Source: Gemmatimonadota bacterium (GTDB lineage: Bacteria > Gemmatimonadota > Gemmatimonadetes > Palauibacterales > Palauibacteraceae). From it: 64,000 nucleotides of DNA. The notes beneath the pieces were generated by a model. The model saw nothing but the letters and a program-made list of their open reading frames with translations, was not told the origin of the DNA and did not search any database. The translations under genes and the position numbers were made by a program. Numbering within the stretch: the stretch's first letter is position 1; every line of letters starts with the position of its first letter. The stretch is taken from NCBI GenBank assembly GCA_963666735.1, contig OY762926.1:1824001-1888000 (forward strand). The letters are read 5' to 3'. Positions 21,202-32,100 of this stretch are shown piece by piece.

Positions 21202-23450
21202 CTTTCCCGCTCTGCTCGCCGGGCTGCGCGGACCACTTTCGCCCGGCCTTCCGAGAGCACTTCGGTCAGGCGCGCCGGCTCGGAGTCGATGACCTCGAAC
21301 ACTCGGTCGCCGAAGTGGTCGAAGAGCACCTCCGCGGTCCGCTTCCCGACGCCCGCATAGTTGCGGACCATGTGCCCGATGGGTCCCCCGGCGGGCTTCG
21401 CGGCCGGCTTGGCGGCCGGCTTGGCGGTGCCGCCGGCCGACTTCCCGGCCCCTCCGGCCTTGCGTACCGCGGGCCGGCTGCGAGTCGGAGCGTCCGCGCG
21501 CTTCGCTTCCTTCTTCGCCTTGCCCGTGGCCGGTTCCTCATCGGCGACCGGGCCGATGCGAGGCGCGCCTGCCTTCTTCGCCGCACTCGGCCCAGCGGTC
21601 CGCCCGCGGGATCCCGACCTGTAACGCCCCAGCGTGCGCCGGGAAGGCGTCTTCTCCCGGGCGCTCGGCTGGCTTTCTCGGGCTTCCGGCTCGCGCTGCG
21701 GCGTCGGCGCCGCGGGCTCCTTCTTCGGCGCCGCCTGCTCACGATCCGACCTCGGGGCCCGCTGTTCCCGCGCCTTCGGCTGGCCGCGGCGCGCAGCAGG
21801 CCCGCCATCTCGCTGATCCGCCCGACCCTGATCCGCCCGGCCCTTCGCGGCCGTCCCTGCGTCCTGCGCGCCAGCCGGGTCCTTCCCGGCGCGTTCGGCT
21901 CGAGGCGGCTCCGACTTCCGCTGCTGAGCCGGCGTTGTCCGCCGACTCGGCGTGTCCGCCCTGGCCGCCGGAGACGATGGCGCACGCTGCGGCGCCGGCT
22001 TGCTGCGGGGCGCCGGCTTGCTCGCAGGCGCGGCCCTGCTCCCGGGTGCCGGCTTGCTCTCGGGCGCCGGCTCGCTCCTGGGCGCCGGTCCGATCCCGAA
22101 GCGGCCGAGCGTCTTGCGTGCGGCCCTCGCCGCAGCGGACAGCGCGGACCGCCCGCCCCCATCGTCCTCGCTTGCGGGCGCCGTCGGCTTCGCCCCGCTC
22201 GCCGGCGCGGCTGGCGCAGCCGCCACGGTCAGATAGTGATTGCCGTCCTCGTGCCGCGACATCGCGACGACGCCCGCGTCGTGCGCTGCCCTCAGGAACA
22301 GGCTGAACTTGCTGAAGCCGAAGGTGCCCTCATCGAACGTGGCGTCGTACTGCAGGAGCTTGCGCTTGACCATCGAGTCGCGGACCGGGGCTCCGTTCCG
22401 CGAGAGCTCGGCCACCGCGCGCTTCAGCGCCTCGTAGGCACCTTCGACGGCCGGAGCAGCCGAAGAACCCGTCACCTTCGCCGTCGTCTTCGCCGACGGT
22501 TTCCCGGCTTTTGCGGGCGCTCGATCGATCGAGGCTTTCGGGGCGGACGCACGGCCGCGGCCGGAGCCTCCGCGGCGTCCACGCCGACCGCGGCTCCTCG
22601 CCATCGGGGTCTCCGCCCGGGAGGACGCCGCCTCGCCGCCCGACGCCGACGCTGATGCCGACGCTGACGCTGACGCTGACGCCGCGCCGGAAGGCAGGCC
22701 GACATCGTACTGGCCGTTTTCCCGCTTCTGCAGCACGATCCGCCCGCGTTTGGCCGCTTCACTCAGGAATCGGTTGAATCGGGAGAAGCCGGTCGTCTTC
22801 TCGTCGAAGCCCGGATCCATCTCCAGCATCACCTGCTTCAGACGGTCCGATCGCATGACATCGCCGCGCTCGACCATGCGCGCGACGGCTCGGCTCGTCA
22901 ACTCCCACGGATCGTGCTTCTCGGTCTGCGTTTCGTCGGCCGACTGGAGTCCCGACACCCGGTTGTAGCTGTAGTACTCGTCGCAGTTCTGGACGAGGAT
23001 GTCGGATGCGGACTCCTGGAGTCCCACGCCGATCACGTACTTCCCGTACTCCTTCAGCTTCAGGACGAGACTCGAGAAGTCGGAATCCCCCGAGAAGAGA
23101 ATGAAGGTCGCGATCTCGGGGCGCGTAAACACCAGTTCGAGCGCGTCGATCGCGAGTCGGATATCGGTGGCGTTCTTCTTCGACGACCCGTAGGCGGGCG
23201 CGAAGATGAGATCGATGGAGGCCTCGGAGAGCGGCACGATGTACTGGGGATAGCGTCGCCAGTCCGCGTACGCCCGCTGTACGGCCACCTTGCCCCGGAT
23301 GATGTCCGAGTCGAGGAAGTTTCGGAGTTCCTGGCCCAGGTTGGACCGGATCCCCATGGTCACGTTGTCGAAATCGATGAGAAGCGCCGCGGCGGCTGCC
23401 ATATCGGCGGAGGAGCGCCGATGGGGCGCCCGCATGTACATGTCGTTCAT
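21198..23450 (-). CDS. NYN-domain protein with two LOTUS/OST-HTH domains, long disordered linkers and a C-terminal HhH-like module
   Basis: IDFDN..KNATDIRLAIDA..SGDSDF NYN motifs; two FDE..GFS(R/K)F LOTUS motifs; GVGKRTAE. Confidence 0.88.
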   Translation of the reverse strand: MNDMYMRAPHRRSSADMAAAAALLIDFDNVTMGIRSNLGQELRNFLDSDIIRGKVAVQRAYADWRRYPQYIVPLSEASIDLIFAPAYGSSKKNATDIRLAIDALELVFTRPEIATFILFSGDSDFSSLVLKLKEYGKYVIGVGLQESASDILVQNCDEYYSYNRVSGLQSADETQTEKHDPWELTSRAVARMVERGDVMRSDRLKQVMLEMDPGFDEKTTGFSRFNRFLSEAAKRGRIVLQKRENGQYDVGLPSGAASASASASASASASGGEAASSRAETPMARSRGRRGRRGGSGRGRASAPKASIDRAPAKAGKPSAKTTAKVTGSSAAPAVEGAYEALKRAVAELSRNGAPVRDSMVKRKLLQYDATFDEGTFGFSKFSLFLRAAHDAGVVAMSRHEDGNHYLTVAAAPAAPASGAKPTAPASEDDGGGRSALSAAARAARKTLGRFGIGPAPRSEPAPESKPAPGSRAAPASKPAPRSKPAPQRAPSSPAARADTPSRRTTPAQQRKSEPPRAERAGKDPAGAQDAGTAAKGRADQGRADQRDGGPAARRGQPKAREQRAPRSDREQAAPKKEPAAPTPQREPEARESQPSAREKTPSRRTLGRYRSGSRGRTAGPSAAKKAGAPRIGPVADEEPATGKAKKEAKRADAPTRSRPAVRKAGGAGKSAGGTAKPAAKPAAKPAGGPIGHMVRNYAGVGKRTAEVLFDHFGDRVFEVIDSEPARLTEVLSEGRAKVVRAARRAERES
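22640..22684. repeat. hexamer tandem repeat (gacgct/gacgcc) encoding a (SA)n tract
   Basis: gacgccgacgctgatgccgacgctgacgctgacgctgacgcc. Confidence 0.8.
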
Positions 23451-23631
23451 GTCCTCTTGTTCCGTTCGTTGTCGCGAACGGTCCGGCGAGGCCCCTCTGC
23501 CTCGCCCCCGGTGGCGGGGGGGATGGTGAGAGGGGTCTACGGACCACGGTTCGCGTTTTCGCCGGTCCGGCCGCGGGCCGCTTTGCCCGTCGACCGCCGC
23601 GGCGATCTGGTTTCCGGCAGCCCGTGGCTGC

Positions 23632-25233
23632 CTAGTCGGCCTCCGCGCGTATGACGCGGGCCAGACTCACGCGGCGCGCTTGTACGCTGGAGGCCTCCGG
23701 AAGCTCATCCAGAAAGTGAATGAGATCCGGCACTCTGTGCTCTGCCAGAGACTCGTGGCAGAAATCGCGGATTTCATCGGCCGTGATCAGGGCCCCTTCG
23801 GCAGTGATCACGCAGGCGCAGATGAGTTCACCCAGCACGTCGTTGGGGATCCCGAGAACCACCGCTTCTTCCACCGCGGGGTGGGACCGGAGCTGCGCTT
23901 CGATTTCGGCAGGGTGTACGCTGTTACCCCCGCGAAGAATGACGTCGCTCAGGCGACCGACGATATGCAGGTAACCCTCGGGGTCGACCATCGCAAGGTC
24001 CCCCGTCTTCAGGAAGCCGTCTTCCGTCAGCGTTTTTCGGGTCTGGCCGGGCTGACGGAAGTACCCGTGCATCACGTTGAAACCACGCACGGCGAGTTCA
24101 CCAACGGACTCGTTGGGGAGTTCTCCGCCGGCCTCATCGAGCACCCTGAGCTCGACCCCTGCGAGCGGGCGGCCCACCGTGTGGGCTCGCTTCGACTCGG
24201 GATCCGACCGGGTCGTGATCGAGACCGTGGGGGAGGTCTCGGTGAGACCGTAGGCGCTCTCGAGATCGGGGACCAGGCGACGGCGCAGGTCGCGCACCAG
24301 GACATCGCCGACCGGAGCGCCCGCGATGAGCCCGGTGCGCAGGGAGTCGGGCCGGGCCCCGCCGCTTTCCAGCGCCCGCAGCAGCATCACGAACATGGTC
24401 GGGACACCGTGTACGACCGTGGCCTCGTGCTCCCGCGCAAGCGCGAGCGCGCCCGCCGCGTCGAAGGTCTCCTGCAATACCAGCGCTCCCCCGGTGCCGA
24501 GCGTCGTGAGCAGGGCGGTGAGCCCGAAGATGTTCGGCAGCGGGACGATACACAGCGTTCGGTCGTCGCCGTCCAACCCCAGCCGCGCCGCCGTTGCGAG
24601 GGCGGTCCGCACCAGGTTGTCGTGCGTGAGGACGACTCCCTTCGGAGCCCCCGTCGTCCCGGGCGTGTACAGAATCGCGCAGGGATCCCGGTGCACGTCC
24701 ACATCCGCCGGCGGGACTTCCCGGCCGCGGCCGCTCGCGATGAGATCCTCGAACTGGAAGATCCGGTCGTCATACCAGAGATCCTCCTCTCCGACCGTCA
24801 CCACGTACTGCAGGTCCGGCAGCCCGCTGAGGAGGTGCTCGAACCGCTGGAGATAGTCCACACCATCCCAGTCCTCGGCCGAGATCGCGACGGCGGCTTC
24901 GGAATTCCGCAGCGCGAAACGCAGTTCGCGCGCCGAGCAGTTCGGGCCGATGGGCACGAGGATGGCGCCCGCTTCCGCGACCGCGAGGGCGGAGATCACG
25001 AATTCGGGCCAGTTGGGCAACTGGACCGCGACCCGGTCCCCGGGCTCGACCCCTAGGTTGTGAAGCCCCACCGCCAGGGCGCGCGCGTGCGCCGCGACGC
25101 GGGAATAGCTCCACGACCCGCCCCGCGCGAGTATGCAGGGCGCGTGCGGGCTCAACTCCGCGTGTCGGGCGAAGAGATCGGCGATGCTGAGCGCAGAGGT
25201 CGGTGACGGTTCGGCCGGGATCACGTCCGACAA
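23632..25233 (-). CDS. class I adenylate-forming enzyme (acyl-CoA synthetase family); start approximate
   Basis: YTPGTTGAPKG, YGLTET, LKTGDL. Confidence 0.88.
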   Translation of the reverse strand: MSDVIPAEPSPTSALSIADLFARHAELSPHAPCILARGGSWSYSRVAAHARALAVGLHNLGVEPGDRVAVQLPNWPEFVISALAVAEAGAILVPIGPNCSARELRFALRNSEAAVAISAEDWDGVDYLQRFEHLLSGLPDLQYVVTVGEEDLWYDDRIFQFEDLIASGRGREVPPADVDVHRDPCAILYTPGTTGAPKGVVLTHDNLVRTALATAARLGLDGDDRTLCIVPLPNIFGLTALLTTLGTGGALVLQETFDAAGALALAREHEATVVHGVPTMFVMLLRALESGGARPDSLRTGLIAGAPVGDVLVRDLRRRLVPDLESAYGLTETSPTVSITTRSDPESKRAHTVGRPLAGVELRVLDEAGGELPNESVGELAVRGFNVMHGYFRQPGQTRKTLTEDGFLKTGDLAMVDPEGYLHIVGRLSDVILRGGNSVHPAEIEAQLRSHPAVEEAVVLGIPNDVLGELICACVITAEGALITADEIRDFCHESLAEHRVPDLIHFLDELPEASSVQARRVSLARVIRAEAD

Positions 25234-25235
25234 TC

Positions 25236-26363
25236 TCAAGCTCGCCGGGCTGGGCGTAAAGCCGTCGCGAGCGGTTCTCCGAGATCTTCCTCGCCGAGAG
25301 CGAAGCTGTGTCGTCCATCCGCGTCGGTAGCCACCTCGCCGAGTCGCGAAAGGAATACGCAGCGGATCCGGTCCAGGCGAGCCTTCTTGTCCTTCGACAT
25401 CGCATCCTGAATCTCGGTTGGCTCGCGGTCGGTCTCCCAATCGCCGCCGAGCCCGCACGCCTCCAGCAGTGCGGCGAGCTGTTCGGATGTGCCGCGCTCC
25501 GTAATCCCGAGCAGTTCTCCGAGGCGCGACTCGGCGCGCATACCCGCGGCGACGGCCTCGCCATGGAGGAGCTTGTAGCCTTCGAGCGTCTCCAGGGCGT
25601 GGCCGACCGTGTGTCCGAAGTTCAGGATCTCCCGCCGGCCCCGCTCCAGCGGGTCATCGCCGACCACCGCCGCCTTGTGCCGCACCACGCGCTCGATGAG
25701 TTCCGAGGCGGCCTCCGGGTCGCCGCTCGACAGCGCCGCGGACCCGCTCACCATCCAGTCCCAGAGTTCCGCATCGAGAATCGCCGCCGTCTTCACGGCC
25801 TCCGCCAGCCCGGCGCAGCGCTGGCGCCGCGGCAGCGTCTCCAGGACGGCGGGATCGATGAGCACGGCCGATGGGTGATGGAAGGCCCCGATCAGATTCT
25901 TGCCCGCTTCGGTATCGACGCCCGTCTTGCCCCCCACGGAACTGTCCAGCATGGCCAGCAGCGTCGTGGGAATCTGAACGACGGGAACGCCGCGCATGTA
26001 CGTGGCCGCGACGAAACCGGCCAGATCGCCCGCGACCCCGCCTCCGAGCGCGACGACGGCCGAGTCGCGACCGAACCGCGCCTGAAGCATGCGATCGCTC
26101 AGCGCGGCCCACTGCTCGCGACTCTTGTTCCACTCGCCCGCCGGGAACGAGAACAGATCGGCGGCGAGACCCGCCTCCTCCAGGCGGGAGACGATCCCGG
26201 CGCCATAGAGCCGCGCGACCTGCGAGTCCGCGATCACGGCGTATCGGTGCGCCGGCGCATGCCGCCGGCAGACCGATGCGGCTTCGGCGAGCAGCCCCGG
26301 TTCGATGTGAATCGGGTAGCTCCCGCCTTCAGCGACCTGAACTTCCAGCGTCCCGCGGCTCAT
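25236..26363 (-). CDS. aroB: 3-dehydroquinate synthase
   Basis: GGGVAGDLAGFVAATYMRG, DSSVGGKTG, LNFGHTVGHALE. Confidence 0.96.
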   Translation of the reverse strand: MSRGTLEVQVAEGGSYPIHIEPGLLAEAASVCRRHAPAHRYAVIADSQVARLYGAGIVSRLEEAGLAADLFSFPAGEWNKSREQWAALSDRMLQARFGRDSAVVALGGGVAGDLAGFVAATYMRGVPVVQIPTTLLAMLDSSVGGKTGVDTEAGKNLIGAFHHPSAVLIDPAVLETLPRRQRCAGLAEAVKTAAILDAELWDWMVSGSAALSSGDPEAASELIERVVRHKAAVVGDDPLERGRREILNFGHTVGHALETLEGYKLLHGEAVAAGMRAESRLGELLGITERGTSEQLAALLEACGLGGDWETDREPTEIQDAMSKDKKARLDRIRCVFLSRLGEVATDADGRHSFALGEEDLGEPLATALRPARRA

Positions 26364-26917
26364 GAACCTCCATCGGAAGCGCCCGCCAGGCGCAGCTCCG
26401 TGAGGGTGACGCCCGCCGGGTCGAGAGCGGTCGCCAACTCGGCGATCGAGCGCCCGAGCGCGGGATGCCGCCAGGCGCCGGCAACCTCCGCCAGCGGCAG
26501 GAGAACGAAGGCCCGCTCCGCCAGCGCGGCGTGTGGAATTGCGAGGTGCGGCGTCTCGACAACTTCGTCCGCGTAGAGAAGGATGTCGAGATCGAGCGGG
26601 CGGGAGGAGAATCTCGGCGCGTCCGGGTCGCGCCCCGCGTCCGATTCGAGATCCTTGAGCGAGACGAGCAGGGCGTCGGGCTCGAGACGAGTCCAGCCGA
26701 CGCAGCAGGCGTTCAGGTAGGCGGGCTGGTCCAGGCCGTAGGCGGGCGCGGTCTCGTAGACCCTGGAGAACCGGGGCTCGACCAGCGCCTTCTTCGCCAG
26801 ACACCGTGCGGCGGCGCGCAGATGGTCGATGCGAGAACCCAGATTCGATCCCATCCCGACGGCCACTGCCCGCAGCGAGGCGTCGGCACCGGAGGATGGC
26901 AGGCCGGACCCCGTCAA
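26360..26917 (-). CDS. folK: hydroxymethyldihydropteridine pyrophosphokinase; start approximate
   Basis: GMGSNLG, RPLDLDILLY, IPH...ERAFVLLPL. Confidence 0.93.
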   Translation of the reverse strand: MTGSGLPSSGADASLRAVAVGMGSNLGSRIDHLRAAARCLAKKALVEPRFSRVYETAPAYGLDQPAYLNACCVGWTRLEPDALLVSLKDLESDAGRDPDAPRFSSRPLDLDILLYADEVVETPHLAIPHAALAERAFVLLPLAEVAGAWRHPALGRSIAELATALDPAGVTLTELRLAGASDGGS

Positions 26918-26939
26918 GCCGCGCTGGGCGCCCGAATCG

Positions 26940-27140
26940 CTAGCGACTCTCCGGGAGTATCGGGACGATGCTGTTCCCCGGATTCGTGTCGCCCGGCTCA
27001 TCGAGCGCGGTGTCTTCCGTCGAATCAACGGACGGAACCGTGGGCCCGACGGTGAGGTCCAGACAGCCGGTCGTGGACGCGCCGGCCAACCCGATCAGGA
27101 CTGCGCATGCCGCCAGGAAGTGCGTGGCTCTCGGTCTCAT
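26940..27140 (-). CDS. small hypothetical lipoprotein
   Basis: MRPRATHFLAACAVLIGLAGASTTGC signal/lipobox-like sequence; acidic tail. Confidence 0.5.
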   Translation of the reverse strand: MRPRATHFLAACAVLIGLAGASTTGCLDLTVGPTVPSVDSTEDTALDEPGDTNPGNSIVPILPESR

Positions 27141-27264
27141 ATATGCCTCTGTATGCTTGCTCGGGACCATCTCCGTAGCCGGAAGCTAGTGCGGCGGACG
27201 ACCGCCACACAACGAGGAAACGTCCGAAGTCCCGCTTTTCTGACACGTCCGGCCGCAGACGCGA

Positions 27265-27298
27265 AAGAGGCCACCGGGGACGAACCCGGTGGCCTCTT
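27265..27298 (-). terminator. hairpin terminator after the SusCD array
   Basis: 14-bp inverted repeat aagaggccaccggg / cccggtggcctctt. Confidence 0.7.
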
Positions 27299-27326
27299 CC
27301 ATCGGCCGGGTGTACCGCGGAGAGTG

Positions 27327-29060
27327 CTAACGCACGACGAGATCGGCGTTCGCCGCCCGCCGCTCCACGGCCAGGCTCTTCTGGAGACGTTGCAGCGCGA
27401 ATGCCGCCCGCTGCAGCGCGGAATCGAGACTGCCCGGCACCACGGCCGGCGGTATGGGGCTGCCGGCCGAACTCGGTTCACCCCCGCCGAAGGTGTAGAT
27501 GTCCCGCTGCAGAACCTCGAGGTCGGCGGCCGGCATCGGCAACTGCAACGCCGTCCCCGCCGGCAGGATATCGTTGCGCCGTCCGTGCCAGAACTCCAAC
27601 CCGCCAAAGACGTTGAACACGTTCTCGAAGTGCTCCCACCACATCGCGTCGCGCAGGTTGCCGCAACGGCCCTGCACGTCGTACCGCTTCCGCGGCGTGC
27701 ACTCGCCCGCCGCATTGGACGGCACCGCGTCCGTCGGGTTCGACGGCGCGGGAGGCAGGCCCGCCTGGGCGCGCGTCACGTTGATGACGTCGGCGGCGCC
27801 CCCGAAGTTGCCCATGCGGTAGTGCCCCTCGGCGACGTAGTGGTCCATCTCGTTCGACGTCATGGACTCCATCGTGCCGAACTCACACCGGCTGCAACTC
27901 AGAGTGTAGTGCTCGTACCGCGTGTCTCCGTAGTGCGACTGGCGGTACGTACCGCGCTCCGGCCGGAAGATGATCGTCGCGTTGTACCGGGCGACCGGAC
28001 CGGTGGACGCGGCCGTCGGACTCACGCTCTCGCCCAACGTGCCGTTCTCGTTCACCGCCGGGAAGCGCTTGTCGTCGCCGAACGTGAGCCTGCGGGCCGT
28101 ACGCTGTTCCGTCGGTGTCGAGAGCCAATCCTGATACTCTCCGCTCTGATCCGCCATGCCGACCCAGTCCATGTGCATCCGGTGCCAGGTATTGTTCTCC
28201 TGCATGAAAATCTTGATGCCGCTCCACCACGGAGTCCCGGAAGATCGGTCCTCACCGATTACGACGACGTCGCGCATCCCGTTCTGCGCGTCCTGTATGA
28301 CCTTGCTCCAGTTCACGCCGGCGGCCTCGGCGTCGGTTCGGGGCAGGTTCGCCGCGCAACGTGCCTTCCAGCTCACCAGATAGTCGGCGAACTGGTTGTT
28401 GTCCCACGGGTTGCCGTTGATCCACGTGTCCGGAAGCGTGAACGAGGACGCGCGAACCGCAGCTTCCGCCTCGTCCAGCCTGTTCATCGCGTACGCGAAG
28501 ACGGCGTTATAGTCGGCCGTCTCCAGTTCGCCCGCCAGATCCGTCGTCTCGTCGACGATGAACGCCTGGTCGTACCACAACGCCAGCAGACAGGAGAGCA
28601 TCGCCTGACTCGCCATCGCGAACGCGCGCGCGCGCGCGTTGCGCTCGCCTCCGGGGCCGATCTCGAGACCCTCGTCGATGGCCCGGATCCCGTCCGAAGC
28701 CCCCGAGATGCCGGAGTAGGCGTCACCCCAGTTCCCCTCGAATATGTACGAACTGCCGTACGAGGGGGAGTTCGGCAGCGGCTCGCGGGGCTCACGACCG
28801 AGGTCGTTCATCCCCATGTTGCCCCACGTCGCCGTGTGGCGGCTCGACATGTGGTTGAATGCGAAGTTCGCGTTGGTCCAGTAGTGCCCGATTTCCCAGA
28901 CCTTGAGGAAGGAACTCGCGATGAGCGTCTCCACGTCGTCCGGGCCGGCCAAAGCGCGCGCCCGGTCCGGCTCATTCGGGTTGTCGACCTGCAGGTCGCA
29001 GCCCGAAAAGCCGACCGTCAGCGCCAGCGCCAGGGCCGGTAGTGTCAGCTTCTTTTTCAT
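27327..29060 (-). CDS. SusD/RagB-like outer-membrane lipoprotein (pair 3)
   Basis: FSGC lipobox, DLQVDNPN; directly downstream of SusC; C-terminal LQLPMPAADL. Confidence 0.85.
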   Translation of the reverse strand: MKKKLTLPALALALTVGFSGCDLQVDNPNEPDRARALAGPDDVETLIASSFLKVWEIGHYWTNANFAFNHMSSRHTATWGNMGMNDLGREPREPLPNSPSYGSSYIFEGNWGDAYSGISGASDGIRAIDEGLEIGPGGERNARARAFAMASQAMLSCLLALWYDQAFIVDETTDLAGELETADYNAVFAYAMNRLDEAEAAVRASSFTLPDTWINGNPWDNNQFADYLVSWKARCAANLPRTDAEAAGVNWSKVIQDAQNGMRDVVVIGEDRSSGTPWWSGIKIFMQENNTWHRMHMDWVGMADQSGEYQDWLSTPTEQRTARRLTFGDDKRFPAVNENGTLGESVSPTAASTGPVARYNATIIFRPERGTYRQSHYGDTRYEHYTLSCSRCEFGTMESMTSNEMDHYVAEGHYRMGNFGGAADVINVTRAQAGLPPAPSNPTDAVPSNAAGECTPRKRYDVQGRCGNLRDAMWWEHFENVFNVFGGLEFWHGRRNDILPAGTALQLPMPAADLEVLQRDIYTFGGGEPSSAGSPIPPAVVPGSLDSALQRAAFALQRLQKSLAVERRAANADLVVR

Positions 29061-29114
29061 GACCCCTCCATTACTTCAGTCCAAGTCCGTCCTACCCCCG
29101 TGCATGAAGGGGAC

Positions 29115-32100
29115 TCAAAAAACCAGTTCCGCCGAGAAGGTGAACGTCCGGAAGTTGGGATAGCCGAAGCTGTCCACGCGGTTCACGGCCGCACTGCCAA
29201 GTTGTCCGCCCGCTCTCCCGACCTCGGGGTCGTACCCGCGATACTCGGTGAGCGTAATCAGATTGCGGCCGATGGCATTCAGCGTGATCCGATCGAACAC
29301 ACTGCCGAACAAGGCCTCCATGGCCGTCTCGGGCAACGTGTAGCCGATGGACAGCTCGCGGACCTTGAGCCAGTCGCCGTTCTCGCGGAACCACGAGTTG
29401 TCCGAGCCGACATTGTAGATGACCGACGCGTACCCGGTGGGCTTGTTGAGCTCCAGCGGCTTGCCCGTCTGGTCCACGTCCTCGCCGCGCAACTCGCGAA
29501 GCGCCCACTGGGCCGTGTTGTTGTAGATCGAGTGTCCGACCGAAGCTTCCAGCAGGCTGTTCACGCTGAGGCCCTTGTACCGGAAGTTCATCGCGAACGC
29601 GCCGTTGAAGTCGGGCGTGGTGTTCCCGTACGGCAGGAACTCCGTCAGCCGACACTTCTCCATGTAGTTGGAGGGGTTCTTGGCGACACAGGCGGGGGAA
29701 TAGTCCTGGACGTAGAATGGGTGGCCCCACTGGTACGTGCGAGTGCCGTCTTCGGAGTTAACGTCGACCGTCGTGCCCCACAGCTTGCTGCTGAACCCCT
29801 CGGTGTATTGGGCGCCGCCCGTCGCGACGAGCAACCCGTCATCGTTCACCTGGAAGTTCGCGGCGCATTCCGAAGCCGACACGCCGACCGGCGCCAGATC
29901 CGCGCAGCTCGTGGCCAGCACCTCGCCCCACAACTCGCCCAGCGGACGACCCTCGGAGACGAAGAAGGTCCCCTGCGTGAAGTCGGGCACGTCCAGGCGC
30001 GTGATCTCCTGCTTCGTCCTGTCGAGGTTCAGCCGGAACTGCAGCCCCAGGTCCTGCTCGTCGATCGCCGCGTAGCGGAGCGACGCCTCGTACGTCTGCG
30101 CCGCGATCTCGCCCGCGTTCTGCCACTGGCTCGAGAAACCCACGAACGCCGGCTGCGGAACCCGAAGAAGCTGGTCATCGGTATTCTGCCACGCGTACGT
30201 GAGGTCGAGGCCCAGGTTCTCGAAGAACACGAAGTTGATCCCCGCCTCGCGCTCCGTCGTGTACTCCGGCCTCAGAGCTCGGTTCCCGAGATTGATCGGG
30301 AAGATCGCGCCCGCCGAGACACCGAACGTCTCGTACTGGGCGGCGAAGTTCGGCCGGCCGCCGGCCGTGCCCAACGAGAAGCGCAACTTCAGTTCATCGA
30401 TCGCGTCGATGCTCCAGAAATCTTCCTGTGTGATACGCCATGCAACCGAGCCGCGGTAGTAGGTCTGCCACCGCTCATCGGGCCCGAACAGCGAGGAGCC
30501 GTCGCGCCGAACGAGGCCGTCGACGATGTAGCGGCCGAGGTAGTCGGCGCTCGCGATTCCGAACAGCCCTTCCGCCTTGATGCTGCGGACGGTGTTGCTT
30601 CCGGTCGTCTCGCCGATGATGGCGCCGAAGTTCGGCACGTCCTGTACGGAGAACCGGCTCCCGAACACGCCGTTCGATTCGAAGGCCTGATCCTCGATCA
30701 GGTAGCGGACCTTCCCGCGCACCGTGAGGTCGCCGTCCATGAGCGCCCGGCTCGCACCCAGCGTCACCGACGCGTTGATGGCCTCGTCCGTGAAATTGCC
30801 CTCCCGCAGGCGGCCGCCGGTGAACTCACCCGTGCCGCTGGCGCTGGAAGTGCGCTCGTTCTTCGGCCGGATCTCGTAGTCGCTGAAGTCCGTCCGGTCG
30901 AAGGATGCGTTCGCCTCGAGCGTCAGCCAGTCGATGGCCGCGGGCGAGAAGTTGAGGTCCACCGACCCCATCGTCCGCGTGCGTTCGTCGCGGCTGTCGT
31001 TCGTAGCCAGGAGGTAGAGCGGGTTCGCCTCGATCGACTGCGGGTCCGCGTCGATATCGGGATACCCGTCGAGCGGGGAAATGCCCGAGAGGTCGATCGC
31101 CGGCGATACGAAGGTCAGCCGCGCAAACGCACTGTTCGTGACCGCCTTGTCGTCCTGGTCGGCGCGCGAGTAGAAGCCGCTCGCCGCGATGTCCAGGTCG
31201 CCGAAGCGCGTGTCGACGTTCAGACGCACGTTCTGGCGCTCGTAGCCATCGTCGTTCGGGGTCCCGACATCGAAGGCCGACAGTCCCTGGGCGACGCGAT
31301 CCGCGTTCAGTGTGGCGAGGTTCTCGACACACGCCGAGCAGCTCACCACGCCGGCTTCGCGGAACTGGTCCACGCTCACCCGGAAGCTCGATTCGCCGAA
31401 CCGTCCCGTCACCGCGCCGTAGATGTCCAACGTCTCGCCCGGATCGAAGAACGTGTCCATGTGGTCGAAGAGCTCGCCCGGGAACGCCTGGTTCGCGAAC
31501 GCCGTCGCCACCGTCCCGGGTTCGCCCGGAGCGATCTGGTTGTACAGCAGCGCCGAGCCGAAACCCCTGCGGTTCAGGTCGCGGAAATCGACCTCGTTCC
31601 CGTCTGTGTCGATGAACTTGGTCCCGGCCGCATTCATCGTGTACGGGTGCGAACGCACCAGACCGATGTCGCCGACGAGCTGGCCGAAACCGTACTCGCC
31701 GCGGCCGAGGATGTTCAGCGAATTCGTCTGCAGGCCCGTACCGCGCTTCGTCGTGATCTCGATCACGCCGTTCTGCGCCCGCGAACCGTACAGCGAGGCC
31801 GCCGCCGCGCCCTTCACGATCTCCACATGGTCGATGTCGAGCGCACCCACGTCGGCGAGCGAAGCGCTCTCGGACTGGATGACCCCGTCGATCACGATCA
31901 GCGGTGACTGACTCCGGCCGGAAGCGTCAATCGATGTCGGGCCGCGCAGCATGATCGACGCCGCCTCACCGGGCTGGCCCGAACCGGAAATCACCGACAC
32001 GCCGGCCGCCTTGCCGGCCAGCAGCGATGACGCGTCCGCCGCCGGGACCGGCAGGTCCCGCGCCGACAGCCGCTCCACCGTGAACGGGAGCTTCACCTGC

